Source: Chloroflexota bacterium (GTDB taxonomy: Bacteria; Chloroflexota; Limnocylindria; Limnocylindrales; CSP1-4). Taken from it: a DNA stretch of 35,990 bases. The notes beneath the pieces are model-generated. The model made no database searches and had not been told where the DNA came from. It saw only the letters and a list, made by a program, of their open reading frames with translations. The stretch is taken from NCBI GenBank assembly GCA_021788175.1, contig JAJYKX010000004.1, positions 1 to 35,990 on the forward strand, read 5' to 3'. Positions 17,127 to 25,855 of this stretch are shown here, piece by piece (position 1 is the first letter of the stretch; the number at the start of each line of letters is the position of its first letter). The position numbers and the translations under genes were made by a program.

Positions 17127-17917
17127 CGCCCGGTCCAGCGCACGAGCCGGATGCTGAACTCGAAGAGCGCGTACATCACGACGCCCAGCACGCTCGGGCT
17201 GATGGGATCTCCGCCGGGCGTCACCACCACGGCGAAGACGGCGATCCCCAGGATCACCATGCGCCGGTTCTTGCGCAGCCGCTCCGACGTGACGATCCCC
17301 ACCTTGCTCAGGAGCACCAGCACGATGGGGAACTCCATGACCAGGCCGAACGCCAGGAAGAGGAGGCTGACGAAGCCGAAGTACGCCTCCGCGGTGATCA
17401 GCGGCTCCAGGACGCCCGGCACCGCGAACCCGAGCAGGAAGGCCGAGGCGAACGGCAGGACCACGTACGCGACGGCCACCCCGAGGGCGAAGAAGAGGAG
17501 CGCGAGCGGGACCCAGGGGCGGGCCAGCCGGCGCTCCTCCGCGGTCAGGCCCGGGGCCACGAACCGCCACAGCTGGAGGAGGATCACGGGCATCGCCAGC
17601 ACCACGCCGATCACGATGGCGACCTTGATCTGGATGAAGAAGGCGCCGCCGAGGTCGGTGAAACGGAGCGCGCCCGGGATGGGCGCCTTGAGGATCTGGA
17701 TCGCCCGCGGGGCGAAGAACATCCCGACGACCGACCCCACGACCACCGCCAGGGCCGAGATGAAGAGCCGCCGGCGGAGCTCTGCCAGGTGATCGACGAG
17801 GCTCATCACGGCCTCGTCGTTCGAGGCGGGCGCGGGCGTCGGCGCGGCGGGTTCGCGGGGCGCACCACCGCCCGCCAGGGTCAGGTCCCCCGTTCGGACG
17901 GCATCCAGGTCAGCCAC
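17123..17917 (-). CDS. tatC: Twin-arginine translocase subunit TatC
   Basis: MSLVDHLAELRRRL, WRFVAPGL, FGLVMEFP, VTPGGDP. Confidence 0.96.
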   Translation of the reverse strand: MADLDAVRTGDLTLAGGGAPREPAAPTPAPASNDEAVMSLVDHLAELRRRLFISALAVVVGSVVGMFFAPRAIQILKAPIPGALRFTDLGGAFFIQIKVAIVIGVVLAMPVILLQLWRFVAPGLTAEERRLARPWVPLALLFFALGVAVAYVVLPFASAFLLGFAVPGVLEPLITAEAYFGFVSLLFLAFGLVMEFPIVLVLLSKVGIVTSERLRKNRRMVILGIAVFAVVVTPGGDPISPSVLGVVMYALFEFSIRLVRWTGR

Positions 17918-17941
17918 TCGAGCGGCTGTCGGGCCCGGCGA

Positions 17942-18277
17942 TCAGGCCCCGACCCGGGGCTCGCTCGGACCGGGGCTCTGCGGCGGCTCCTGCCCCTGCG
18001 GGGCGGGCGCGACGGGCTGCTGCGCGGCCTGGCTGACCGGTGTCGCCGCCGCGGCAGGCGCCGGTGCGGGGGCGACGGGCTGCTGCACCGGGGCGACGGG
18101 CGGCTGTGCCGGCTGGGCGTCGAGCCGCACCGAGTCCTGCACGTCCGTCGCCGCCTTGCGGAACTCGCGGATGCTGGAGCCGAGGCTCTTCCCGATCTCC
18201 GGGAGCTTGCTCGGGCCGAGCACGAGCAGGGCGATCGCCAGGACCAGGATGACTTCCATGGGGCCGATGTCGGGCAT
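17942..18277 (-). CDS. tatA: Twin-arginine translocase TatA
   Basis: IGPMEVILVLAIALLVLGPSKLPEIGKSLGSSIREFRKA; AGGAG RBS. Confidence 0.93.
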   Translation of the reverse strand: MPDIGPMEVILVLAIALLVLGPSKLPEIGKSLGSSIREFRKAATDVQDSVRLDAQPAQPPVAPVQQPVAPAPAPAAAATPVSQAAQQPVAPAPQGQEPPQSPGPSEPRVGA

Positions 18278-18310
18278 AGTCGAGGCGACTCCTGCGGCTG
18301 ACCGTCCCGG

Positions 18311-19210
18311 TCAGGGCAGCGATTGTAGCACCGGCAATCGGCCCGCCCAGCCCGCCGCCGCTGCCTCCAGCGCGGCCGCGGGATCGGATGCCCCGTTGGC
18401 GGCGCCCGCGATCCCACGCGAGACGTTCACCAGGAGCCCGCCGCCGGGACGGCTCCCGGCTGCTCCGGCAGCGGCGGGGCCGTGGGCCAGCGCCGCGTCC
18501 AGGTCCCCGCCCTGCGCACCGATGCCGGGCACGAGGAACGCGAGCCCGGGTGCCACGCTCCGGAGCGCCTCCAGCTCGCGCGGTGCCGTGGCGCCCACCA
18601 CCAGCCCCACCGTGCCGTGCTGCCCGTTCCACAGCGTGGCCCGGCGGGCCACCCGCACGTGCAGCGGCTCGGCCGGCCACCCCTCGTCGGGGTCCGGCGC
18701 GACCTGCAGGTCCTGCAGCTCTCCCGCACCCGGGTTGGAGGTGCGGCAGAGGACGTAGGCGAAGCGGTCGGGGCGCTCCAGGAGCGGGGCGATGGCCTCG
18801 CGTCCCAGGTACGGGCTGACCGTGACCGCGTCGGCGCCGAGGCGATCGAACAGGGCGACAGCCTGGCGCGCCGCGGTGGAGCCGATGTCCCCGCGCTTGG
18901 CGTCCGCGAGGACGGGGACGTCCGGGGGGATCAGCGCCCGCAGTCGCTCGAGGACCGCCATCCCCTCGCCGCCGAACGCCTCGAAGAAGGCGAGGTTCGG
19001 CTTCACGGCCGCCGCGTGCGGCACTGCCGCCGCCAGGAGCAGCCGGACGAACGCCTCCACGCCGGTGAGATCGGGCGCGAACCCGGCCGGCAGCGAGCGC
19101 GGGTCCGGGTCGATCCCCACGCAGAGGACGGTCCCCACCCGCGCCGTGCGCGCGGCGAGCCGCCCGAGGAAGGTCTCCGCTCCCGGCATTCCGACTCCCT
19201 CCCCTGGCAT
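18311..19210 (-). CDS. pyrF: Orotidine-5'-phosphate decarboxylase
   Basis: LCVGIDP, KPNLAFF, DAKRGDIGST, LCRTSN, GLVVGAT, LVPGIGAQGG, VNVSRGI. Start is ATG 19210 (overlapping the upstream stop) or ATG 19189. Confidence 0.95.
   Translation of the reverse strand: MPGEGVGMPGAETFLGRLAARTARVGTVLCVGIDPDPRSLPAGFAPDLTGVEAFVRLLLAAAVPHAAAVKPNLAFFEAFGGEGMAVLERLRALIPPDVPVLADAKRGDIGSTAARQAVALFDRLGADAVTVSPYLGREAIAPLLERPDRFAYVLCRTSNPGAGELQDLQVAPDPDEGWPAEPLHVRVARRATLWNGQHGTVGLVVGATAPRELEALRSVAPGLAFLVPGIGAQGGDLDAALAHGPAAAGAAGSRPGGGLLVNVSRGIAGAANGASDPAAALEAAAAGWAGRLPVLQSLP
18322..18330 (-). promoter_or_regulatory. Putative extended -10 (TGC-TACAAT) for tatA, inside the pyrF 3' end
   Basis: Near-consensus TGnTACAAT formed by the codons GTG-CTA-CAA-TCG, 44 nt upstream of the tatA ATG. 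Confidence 0.65.
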
Positions 19211-20499
19211 CACGGCCCCGTCGACGGTCCGGGCGCCACCGCGCCCGACGCCGCGACCGATGGAGCGGGCGTGGCCGGCGGTGGCGTGGGGATCTCGCTC
19301 GGCGGGATGTACCAGACCGGGCGTGACGTGCCGTCGAGCTGGCTCTGGGACGTCAGCGGCTCCGTCCTGGCCACGGTGAACCGCGGAGCCGTGCCACCGA
19401 GCGTGATGAGCTCCAGGTCGATGGTGCTGCCCTGGGCACGCAGGAAGGCGATCTGGTTGCCGGCCGGCGACCACGTCGGCGCGAAGCTGCGAGCATCGTG
19501 CGTGAGCTGCACGAGCAGCTTCCCGGTATGGGCGTCCAGGATCACCACGTCCCGCCCGCGCGGACTCGTCCGCACCGCGGCGATGTACTGGCCGTCCGGC
19601 GACCACGACGGCTGCGCGTAGTTGTTCGGGGTGAGGAACGACGCAGTCTTGGTCTGCACGTCGTACAGGGCGATCCGCGGCGCCCCGTACGCGCCCTGCT
19701 TGTCGTTGTACGTGTAGGCGATCGTGCTGCCGTCCGGGCTCCACTGCGGATCGTTGTGCCCCAGGCCGAAGCCGTAGTAGTACGCCTGGCCGAGCGGCAG
19801 CCGGACCACCTGCCCGCCGCCGACCGGCAGGAGCGAGAGCGCCACGCTGTCGGTGAACGGGTTGGAGGAATCGCTGACGATCGCAAAGGTCTTCCCGTCA
19901 GGGCTGAGGTCCGGCTGCCAGATCCCGTAGAAGTACTGGCCCCCGGCGGGGAGCGAGTAGAGACCGCTCTGGATGGCGGTGGCGGGAGCGCCGGCCCGAG
20001 CCGCCATGCGCGAGAGCACCGGGTACTCCAGCGTGTAGTTCACGCGCGATCCCGGGACGCACCCGCCGGCGGCGATGTACTGGCACGGTACCTGCGTCTT
20101 CTGCGAGACAACGTGGATGAAGTAGATGGTGCGTCCGTCGGGCGACCAGGTGGGGCTCTGGTCGGTGCCGCTGGAGGTGAACTGGGTGAGCTGGTCGTCG
20201 CCCGTCACCGACCAGATGTTGCCGGCCTTGACGAAGAGGATCGTCCCGAGCACGTGCGGCGGCTGCACGGCCACCGGCGTGTAGACGACGATCGGGTTTG
20301 GCGTGCGGCCCGCGACGTCGCCCGGCAGCGTCCGGTTGATCGATACGGGGCTGGGCACCGATCCCCCGAGCAGCGCGTAGCTCGCGAGGGCCACGACGAT
20401 GAGCCCGATCAGCGAGAGGATGGAGGCTGCCCCCGGGACCGGGCCCCGCCAGGCAACACGGGATCCGTCATCCCCCCCTGGGGAGCGCCGCTCGCTCAC
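19210..20499 (-). CDS. Membrane-anchored TolB-like (PD40 repeat) beta-propeller protein
   Basis: N-terminal TM; repeats PTWSPDG, PDLSPDG, PQWSPDG, PSWSPDG, PTWSPAG. Confidence 0.85.
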   Translation of the reverse strand: MSERRSPGGDDGSRVAWRGPVPGAASILSLIGLIVVALASYALLGGSVPSPVSINRTLPGDVAGRTPNPIVVYTPVAVQPPHVLGTILFVKAGNIWSVTGDDQLTQFTSSGTDQSPTWSPDGRTIYFIHVVSQKTQVPCQYIAAGGCVPGSRVNYTLEYPVLSRMAARAGAPATAIQSGLYSLPAGGQYFYGIWQPDLSPDGKTFAIVSDSSNPFTDSVALSLLPVGGGQVVRLPLGQAYYYGFGLGHNDPQWSPDGSTIAYTYNDKQGAYGAPRIALYDVQTKTASFLTPNNYAQPSWSPDGQYIAAVRTSPRGRDVVILDAHTGKLLVQLTHDARSFAPTWSPAGNQIAFLRAQGSTIDLELITLGGTAPRFTVARTEPLTSQSQLDGTSRPVWYIPPSEIPTPPPATPAPSVAASGAVAPGPSTGP

Positions 20500-22262
20500 C
20501 GACCGGGGGTCCCGGCCGCGGAGGGCAGGCCGTGCCCGGCGGAGGCCGCGTCCAGGAGCTCGAGCTGGAGCGACTCGTACCCGCCGAAGTGCCGGCTGCC
20601 GATGCGCGCCACCAGGTCCAGCCGATCCCCCGGCGCGACCTGCGCGCCCAGGTCCGCCCGTCCGAACGCGATCACATCGAGCACCTCGCGGCCCTTGGAG
20701 ACGGTCAGCTGGACGTGCCCGTTGGACACGGGGCGGATTCGGGTCACGGTCGCCCCGAGGACGGCCACCTGGGGCGGTGGGTTCCCGGGCCCGAAGGGTT
20801 CCAGTCGTGCGAGGTCACGGTGCAGATCGTAGCCGACCTCGGCGACGGGGACGCTGAGGTCCACCCGCAGGTCCGGCTCCCTGCGCTCCAGGGGGCCGGC
20901 CGCGGCGAGGGCGAGGAACTCCTCGCGGAACGGTTCCAGGCTGCCCGGGAGCAGGTCACCGCCGGCGGCCTCCGGGTGGCCGCCGTAGCGCACGAAGTGA
21001 CGCCCGCAGGCGGCGAACGCGCGGGCCAGGTCGAGGGCGCCCGTCGGGGATCGGCCGGAGCCCCGCCACGGCTCCAGCTGGGTCGAGAAGACCACCGCTG
21101 GGCGGCGGTGCTCCTCTGCCAGCCGCCCGGCCACCAGGCCGATCAGGCCGGCCGGCCACGGGCCCGCGATGACGAGCGCCGGGGCGTCGCCCGGGTCCCC
21201 GACGACCGCCCGGGCCTCGGCCAGGGCCGACGCCGTGAGGTCCCGGCGCGTCCGGTTCGCCTCCTCGAGCTGCGCGGCCAGCCCGGCCGCCTCCTCGCGG
21301 TCCGAGGACATGAGCAGCCGGGACGCCAGGGTCACCTCGCCGATCCGCCCCGCCGCGTTGAGCCGGGGGGCGATGGTGTAGGCGACGACATCCGCGTCCA
21401 CCCGGGCCGGTGCGACGCCGGCGACCTCCAGGAGTGCCGCGAGGCCGGGGCGCGGTCGCTCGCGCAGCAGGTCCAGCCCCAGGCGGACGATGGCGCGGTT
21501 CTCGCCCAGCAGCGGCGCCACGTCCGAGATGGTGCCGATGGCGGCGAGGTCGGCGAGACCCGTCCACCCGGAGTCACCGCCGTCCCGGCCACCGAGCAGC
21601 AACTGGGCGACCTTGAACGCCACGCCCGCACCGGTCAGCCGCGTGTCCGGGTACCGGTTGTCCGCCCGCTGCGGGTTGACGACGGCCGCCGAGCCGGGCC
21701 AGCGCTCCGGCACGTGGTGGTGGTCCGTCACCAGCACGTCGATTCCCCGCCGGGCCGCCAGCGCGATCTCGTCCGCGCTGCTCGATCCACAGTCCACGGT
21801 CACGATGACGGAGCAGCCGGCGGCCGCGGCGCGGTCCACGGCTCCTTCCGACAGCCCGTGCCCGTCCGTGAACCGGCTCGGGACGTACGGCTCCACCTCC
21901 AGCCCGCGGTGTCGCAGGGCGAGCACCATCACCGAGAGCGCGGTCAGCCCGTCCGCGTCGAAGTCCCCGTAGACCAGGACCCGCTCGCCGTGCGCCCGCG
22001 CACGGGCCAGCCGCTCGGCGACCACCGCGGCATCCGGCAGGAGCGCAGGATCGTGCAGCACGGAGAGCGGCTCGGCGACGAACGCCTCCAGGTCCTCGGG
22101 CCGCTCGCACCCGCGGGCGGCGAGCAGGCGCAGGACCCGCGGCGGCACGCCGTGGCGCTCGGCCGCGTCGCTCAGCTCGGGCGAGACGGGAGGGGCCGGG
22201 ACGGGGGCCCACCGCCGTGTCGGGGACAGCATCGCCCCCGAGTCTGCCACGACCGGGTTCAC
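20496..22262 (-). CDS. recJ: Single-stranded-DNA exonuclease RecJ
   Basis: YGDFDADG, TVDCG, TDHH, GTISDVAPL, APRLNAAGR, GGH, LEPFGPGNP. Confidence 0.96.
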   Translation of the reverse strand: MNPVVADSGAMLSPTRRWAPVPAPPVSPELSDAAERHGVPPRVLRLLAARGCERPEDLEAFVAEPLSVLHDPALLPDAAVVAERLARARAHGERVLVYGDFDADGLTALSVMVLALRHRGLEVEPYVPSRFTDGHGLSEGAVDRAAAAGCSVIVTVDCGSSSADEIALAARRGIDVLVTDHHHVPERWPGSAAVVNPQRADNRYPDTRLTGAGVAFKVAQLLLGGRDGGDSGWTGLADLAAIGTISDVAPLLGENRAIVRLGLDLLRERPRPGLAALLEVAGVAPARVDADVVAYTIAPRLNAAGRIGEVTLASRLLMSSDREEAAGLAAQLEEANRTRRDLTASALAEARAVVGDPGDAPALVIAGPWPAGLIGLVAGRLAEEHRRPAVVFSTQLEPWRGSGRSPTGALDLARAFAACGRHFVRYGGHPEAAGGDLLPGSLEPFREEFLALAAAGPLERREPDLRVDLSVPVAEVGYDLHRDLARLEPFGPGNPPPQVAVLGATVTRIRPVSNGHVQLTVSKGREVLDVIAFGRADLGAQVAPGDRLDLVARIGSRHFGGYESLQLELLDAASAGHGLPSAAGTPGR

Positions 22263-22268
22263 CTGCCC

Positions 22269-23486
22269 TTATCGGGCCGCGCGAGCCTGTGCCAGCGCCT
22301 CCTGCCGGCGGCGATCCTCCCAGTTGTGCCACACGACCAGGATCATGCTGGCGTTGAAGATGGAGGAGTACGTCCCGGAGAGGATCCCGATGAGCAGCGC
22401 CAGGACGAACTCCCGGATGCTCGACGCGCCCAGCAGCAGCAGGGCGAGCAGGGTCATGATCACCGTCATCGACGTGTTGATCGACCGGCCCAGCGTCTGC
22501 AGGATGCTGTGGTTCACGATGGCGTCGAACGGCTCGCCGGCGTGGCGCGCCCGGTTCTCCCGGATCCGGTCGAACACCACGATCGTGTCATGCACGCTGA
22601 AGCCGATCACGGTCAGCATGGCGGTCACGAAGAGCGAGTCGATCTGCACCCCGAAGAGGGTGCCGAGGATCGCGAACGTCCCCACCACCACGACCACGTC
22701 GTGCAGCAGGGCGACGATCGCGGAGACCCCGAACTTGACGTCGCTGAACCGCGTCGAAACCCAGATCAGGATGCCCAGCGACCCCAGGATGACCAGCAGG
22801 ATCGCCTGCTGGGTCAGCTCGGAGCTGATGATGGGCCCGATGGTGGTCTGCTCCTGGATGTCGGAGATGGGGCCGAACTTCGCCTGGAGCGCCGTCGCGA
22901 GTTCTCCCAGCTTGCCCTCGGTGGGCACCGGGATCGATGGGCTGGCGCTGGGCGACGGGCTCGCGGTGCCGGCACCGGCTGCGCCGGAGGCGGTCGGCGA
23001 TGCGGACGGCGCGGCCGAGCCGCTCGCCGCCGTGCTGGCCGCCGGGCTCGCCGATGGAGATGCTGCAGCGGATGGCGCCGCCGACGGGGCCACCGACGCC
23101 GATGCCGAAGCCGACGGCCCGGCCGAGGCCGGGGCGGAGGGTGCCGCCGACGCCCCGAGCGACGCGACCGGCACCGGCGTGGCCACCGGAGCCGGCGGCA
23201 ACAGGCCGATCGGCTTGGTGCGGATCGTGATGAAGCCGTCGCTGGACTCCTGGACCTGGGATCCGGGCAGGTCCTGCGCCAGCAGCACCGACTGGATCGC
23301 CGACACCGACGGCTGCGGTCCGGCGAAGCGGATCTGCCACTCGGTGCCGCCCGTGTAGTCGATCGAGAACTGCAGCCCGGCCGCCCCCTTCGTGAGGGGC
23401 GTCAGCAGGATGAAGAAGAGTCCCGGAACGACGATCAGGCCGCTCAGGAGGAAGAACCAGTTCCGCTTGTTGACCAGGTCAAACAT
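22269..23486 (-). CDS. secF: Protein translocase subunit SecF with a long Ala/Ser/Pro insert
   Basis: IDYTGGT, ALLHD, LTVIGFSVHDTIVVFDRIREN, TLGRSINTS, GTYSSIF. Confidence 0.95.
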   Translation of the reverse strand: MFDLVNKRNWFFLLSGLIVVPGLFFILLTPLTKGAAGLQFSIDYTGGTEWQIRFAGPQPSVSAIQSVLLAQDLPGSQVQESSDGFITIRTKPIGLLPPAPVATPVPVASLGASAAPSAPASAGPSASASASVAPSAAPSAAASPSASPAASTAASGSAAPSASPTASGAAGAGTASPSPSASPSIPVPTEGKLGELATALQAKFGPISDIQEQTTIGPIISSELTQQAILLVILGSLGILIWVSTRFSDVKFGVSAIVALLHDVVVVVGTFAILGTLFGVQIDSLFVTAMLTVIGFSVHDTIVVFDRIRENRARHAGEPFDAIVNHSILQTLGRSINTSMTVIMTLLALLLLGASSIREFVLALLIGILSGTYSSIFNASMILVVWHNWEDRRRQEALAQARAAR

Positions 23487-23547
23487 CGATCACGCCGCTG
23501 CACATGGGGGGACCGCCGGCACGCGCGTGCGGCGGACGTTGATGGCG

Positions 23548-24924
23548 TCAGGCACGGGATCGGATCTCGTTCCGCCTGGCGCCGCGCGGCGCTGCGGTGA
23601 CGAACTCCTCCTCGTTCACCCCGAACAGGCTGGCCTTCCGCGTCCACTGCCAGCGGACGATCGTGCGGAGGACCGTGCGGCTCACGGTGATGGCCGTGAA
23701 CATCGAGGTCAGCACGCCGATGATCAGGACGAGGGCGAAGCCCCGGATCACGGACGAGCCGAACCAGAACAGGATGAACGCGGTGATGAGGCTGGAGACG
23801 TTCGAGTCGAAGATGGAGTTCCAGGCCCGGTTGAAACCGGCCTCGATGGCGGGGCCGAGTGTCTTGCCGGCCCGCAGCTCCTCTCTCGTCCGCTCGAAGA
23901 TCAGGATGTTGGCATCGACCGCCATGCCCACCGACAGCACGAAGCCCGCGATGCCGGCCAGCGTGAGCGTGACGGGGATGAGCCGGAAGATCGCGAGCAC
24001 CACCACCGTGTAGTAGAGGAGCGCGAGAACGGCCACGCTGCCCTGCAGCCGGTAGTAGAGGATCATGAAGAGAAAGACCAGCAGGATGCCCAGGGCGCCG
24101 GCCAGCAGGGTGCGGTGCAGGAAGTCGGCGCCGAGCGTGGCGGGCACGTTCTGGCTGCTGATCTCCTGGAGCGGGAACGGCAGCGCGCCGTACTGGAGCA
24201 CGGTCACCAGGTCGTTCATCTGGGCGGCGGTGAAGCTGCCGCTGATCTGGCCGCTCCCATCGGTGATGGCGCTCTTGATGTAGGGCGCCGAGACCACCTG
24301 GCCGTCGAGGACGATCGCGAAGAAGTCACCGATGTGGCTCGCGGACCACTGCGCGAAGATCGTCTTGGCCGGGTCCTTCAGGGTGAACGCGACCGCGCGC
24401 TGGTTGGTGGTCTGGTCGAACGAGGCGTTGGCCGACGCCACCTGGTCGCCGCCGAAGAGGGGCTTGAGGGACGGGTCGATGGGATCGCCCTCGGCCGGCA
24501 CCGGCTTGGTGCCCGCGGCCGTGGAGGTCCCGTAGGTGGCCGGCGGCAGGGGCACGAACGTCAGCTGTCCGGTGGAGCCGACCAGCTTGACCACCTGCTG
24601 CACGTCGCTCACGCCCGGCAGCTGGACCGAGATCTGGTTGCTGCCCTTGGTCTCGATCACCGGCTCGGTGGTGCCCGTCGCGTTGACGCGCCGGTCGATG
24701 ATCCCGACGATCGTGTTCAGCGCGGAGCTGTCCGGGGTCTTGCCGTTCGCGGGCAGCACCAGGTAGTCGACCTCGACGCCGCCCTGCAGGTCGAGCCCGA
24801 GGCGCGTCTCGATCGGGTTGTTCGTGATGGGGTTGGTGAGGCCCGGCGCAAACGCGAACGAGAAGTCGATCGCGAGCGCGAGCAGGCCGACGACGACGAT
24901 GAGGAGGGGGGTGATCCGGCGCAT
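23548..24924 (-). CDS. secD: Protein translocase subunit SecD
   Basis: LGLDLQGG, AIVLDG, YGALP, GMAVDANILIFER, IFDSN, RGFA. Confidence 0.96.
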   Translation of the reverse strand: MRRITPLLIVVVGLLALAIDFSFAFAPGLTNPITNNPIETRLGLDLQGGVEVDYLVLPANGKTPDSSALNTIVGIIDRRVNATGTTEPVIETKGSNQISVQLPGVSDVQQVVKLVGSTGQLTFVPLPPATYGTSTAAGTKPVPAEGDPIDPSLKPLFGGDQVASANASFDQTTNQRAVAFTLKDPAKTIFAQWSASHIGDFFAIVLDGQVVSAPYIKSAITDGSGQISGSFTAAQMNDLVTVLQYGALPFPLQEISSQNVPATLGADFLHRTLLAGALGILLVFLFMILYYRLQGSVAVLALLYYTVVVLAIFRLIPVTLTLAGIAGFVLSVGMAVDANILIFERTREELRAGKTLGPAIEAGFNRAWNSIFDSNVSSLITAFILFWFGSSVIRGFALVLIIGVLTSMFTAITVSRTVLRTIVRWQWTRKASLFGVNEEEFVTAAPRGARRNEIRSRA

Positions 24925-25004
24925 CGGGCGGGACTATAGCAGGCTCGTCGCCGCGCCGTGCCGCCTCCGGCCACTGCGCGGTCCCGACGCGTGGTTCCGC
25001 GCCC

Positions 25005-25757
25005 TCATCCGGCCAGCATGCGGACCGCGACGAACGTCCCCACCACCACGATCGCGATGCGCAGGACGAGCGGCGGCAGGCGCCTTCCGACCGCGGCCCC
25101 GATCTGGCCGCCGGCGATCGATCCCGCCGCCACCAGCGCCACCACGGGCCAGGAGACGGGTGCCAGCACGATGAAGAGGACCGCCGCGATCCCGTTGACG
25201 AAGAGCGTCAGGAGGTTCTTCAGGCCGTTCAGGCGCTGCAGGTCGTCCGGCACGAAGATCGCCAGCAGGGAGATCAGGATGACCCCCTGCGCGGCACCGA
25301 AGTAGCCGCCGTAGATCCCGGTGAGGTAGACGAAGAGCGCCAGCGCCCAGGAGTGCTCCGCGCCGTCCGGGCGCCGGCGCGCGAGCGCGCGCGACAGCCG
25401 CGGCTGCAGCGCCACGAGCGCGCACGCCAGCAGGATGAGGTACGGCACCACGCGCTCGAACGTGCTCGCGGGGAACGCCAGCAGCAGGATGGCGCCGGTC
25501 ACCCCGCCCGCCACGGCCGCCGCGCCGAGCCGCAGCGCCCGCCGCCGCTGCCCGGAGAGCTCCCGCCGGTAGCCGACCACCCCGCTCGCGCCGCCCGGCA
25601 CCAGCCCCAGGGTGTTCGACACGTTGGCCACCACGGGCGGCACACCGAACGCGAGGAGGGTCGGGAACGTGATGAGGGATCCCGAACCGACGATCGTGTT
25701 GATCGTCCCGGCGGCCACGCCGGCGGCGGCGATCGCGAGCACCTCGATGGGCGTCAT
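25005..25757 (-). CDS. TauE/SafE (TSUP) family membrane transporter
   Basis: AGTINTIVGSGSLITFP, GIYGGYFGAAQG, multi-TM profile. Confidence 0.9.
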   Translation of the reverse strand: MTPIEVLAIAAAGVAAGTINTIVGSGSLITFPTLLAFGVPPVVANVSNTLGLVPGGASGVVGYRRELSGQRRRALRLGAAAVAGGVTGAILLLAFPASTFERVVPYLILLACALVALQPRLSRALARRRPDGAEHSWALALFVYLTGIYGGYFGAAQGVILISLLAIFVPDDLQRLNGLKNLLTLFVNGIAAVLFIVLAPVSWPVVALVAAGSIAGGQIGAAVGRRLPPLVLRIAIVVVGTFVAVRMLAG

Positions 25758-25855
25758 GCAGCCTCTGCGCTCCTGCTCATGCCGGGATGCGGCCCGGCGC
25801 CCGTTCGGTGGCGATGATCCCGTGCTGCAGGGTCATCGCAGGTCTCCCGGCGCTC

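Noticed and set aside
25777-25836. 19-codon ORF MTLQHGIIATERAPGRIPA between uvrC and tauE
   Set aside because: It overlaps neither neighbour's start or stop, tauE has its own SD-like sequence, and there is no other support.
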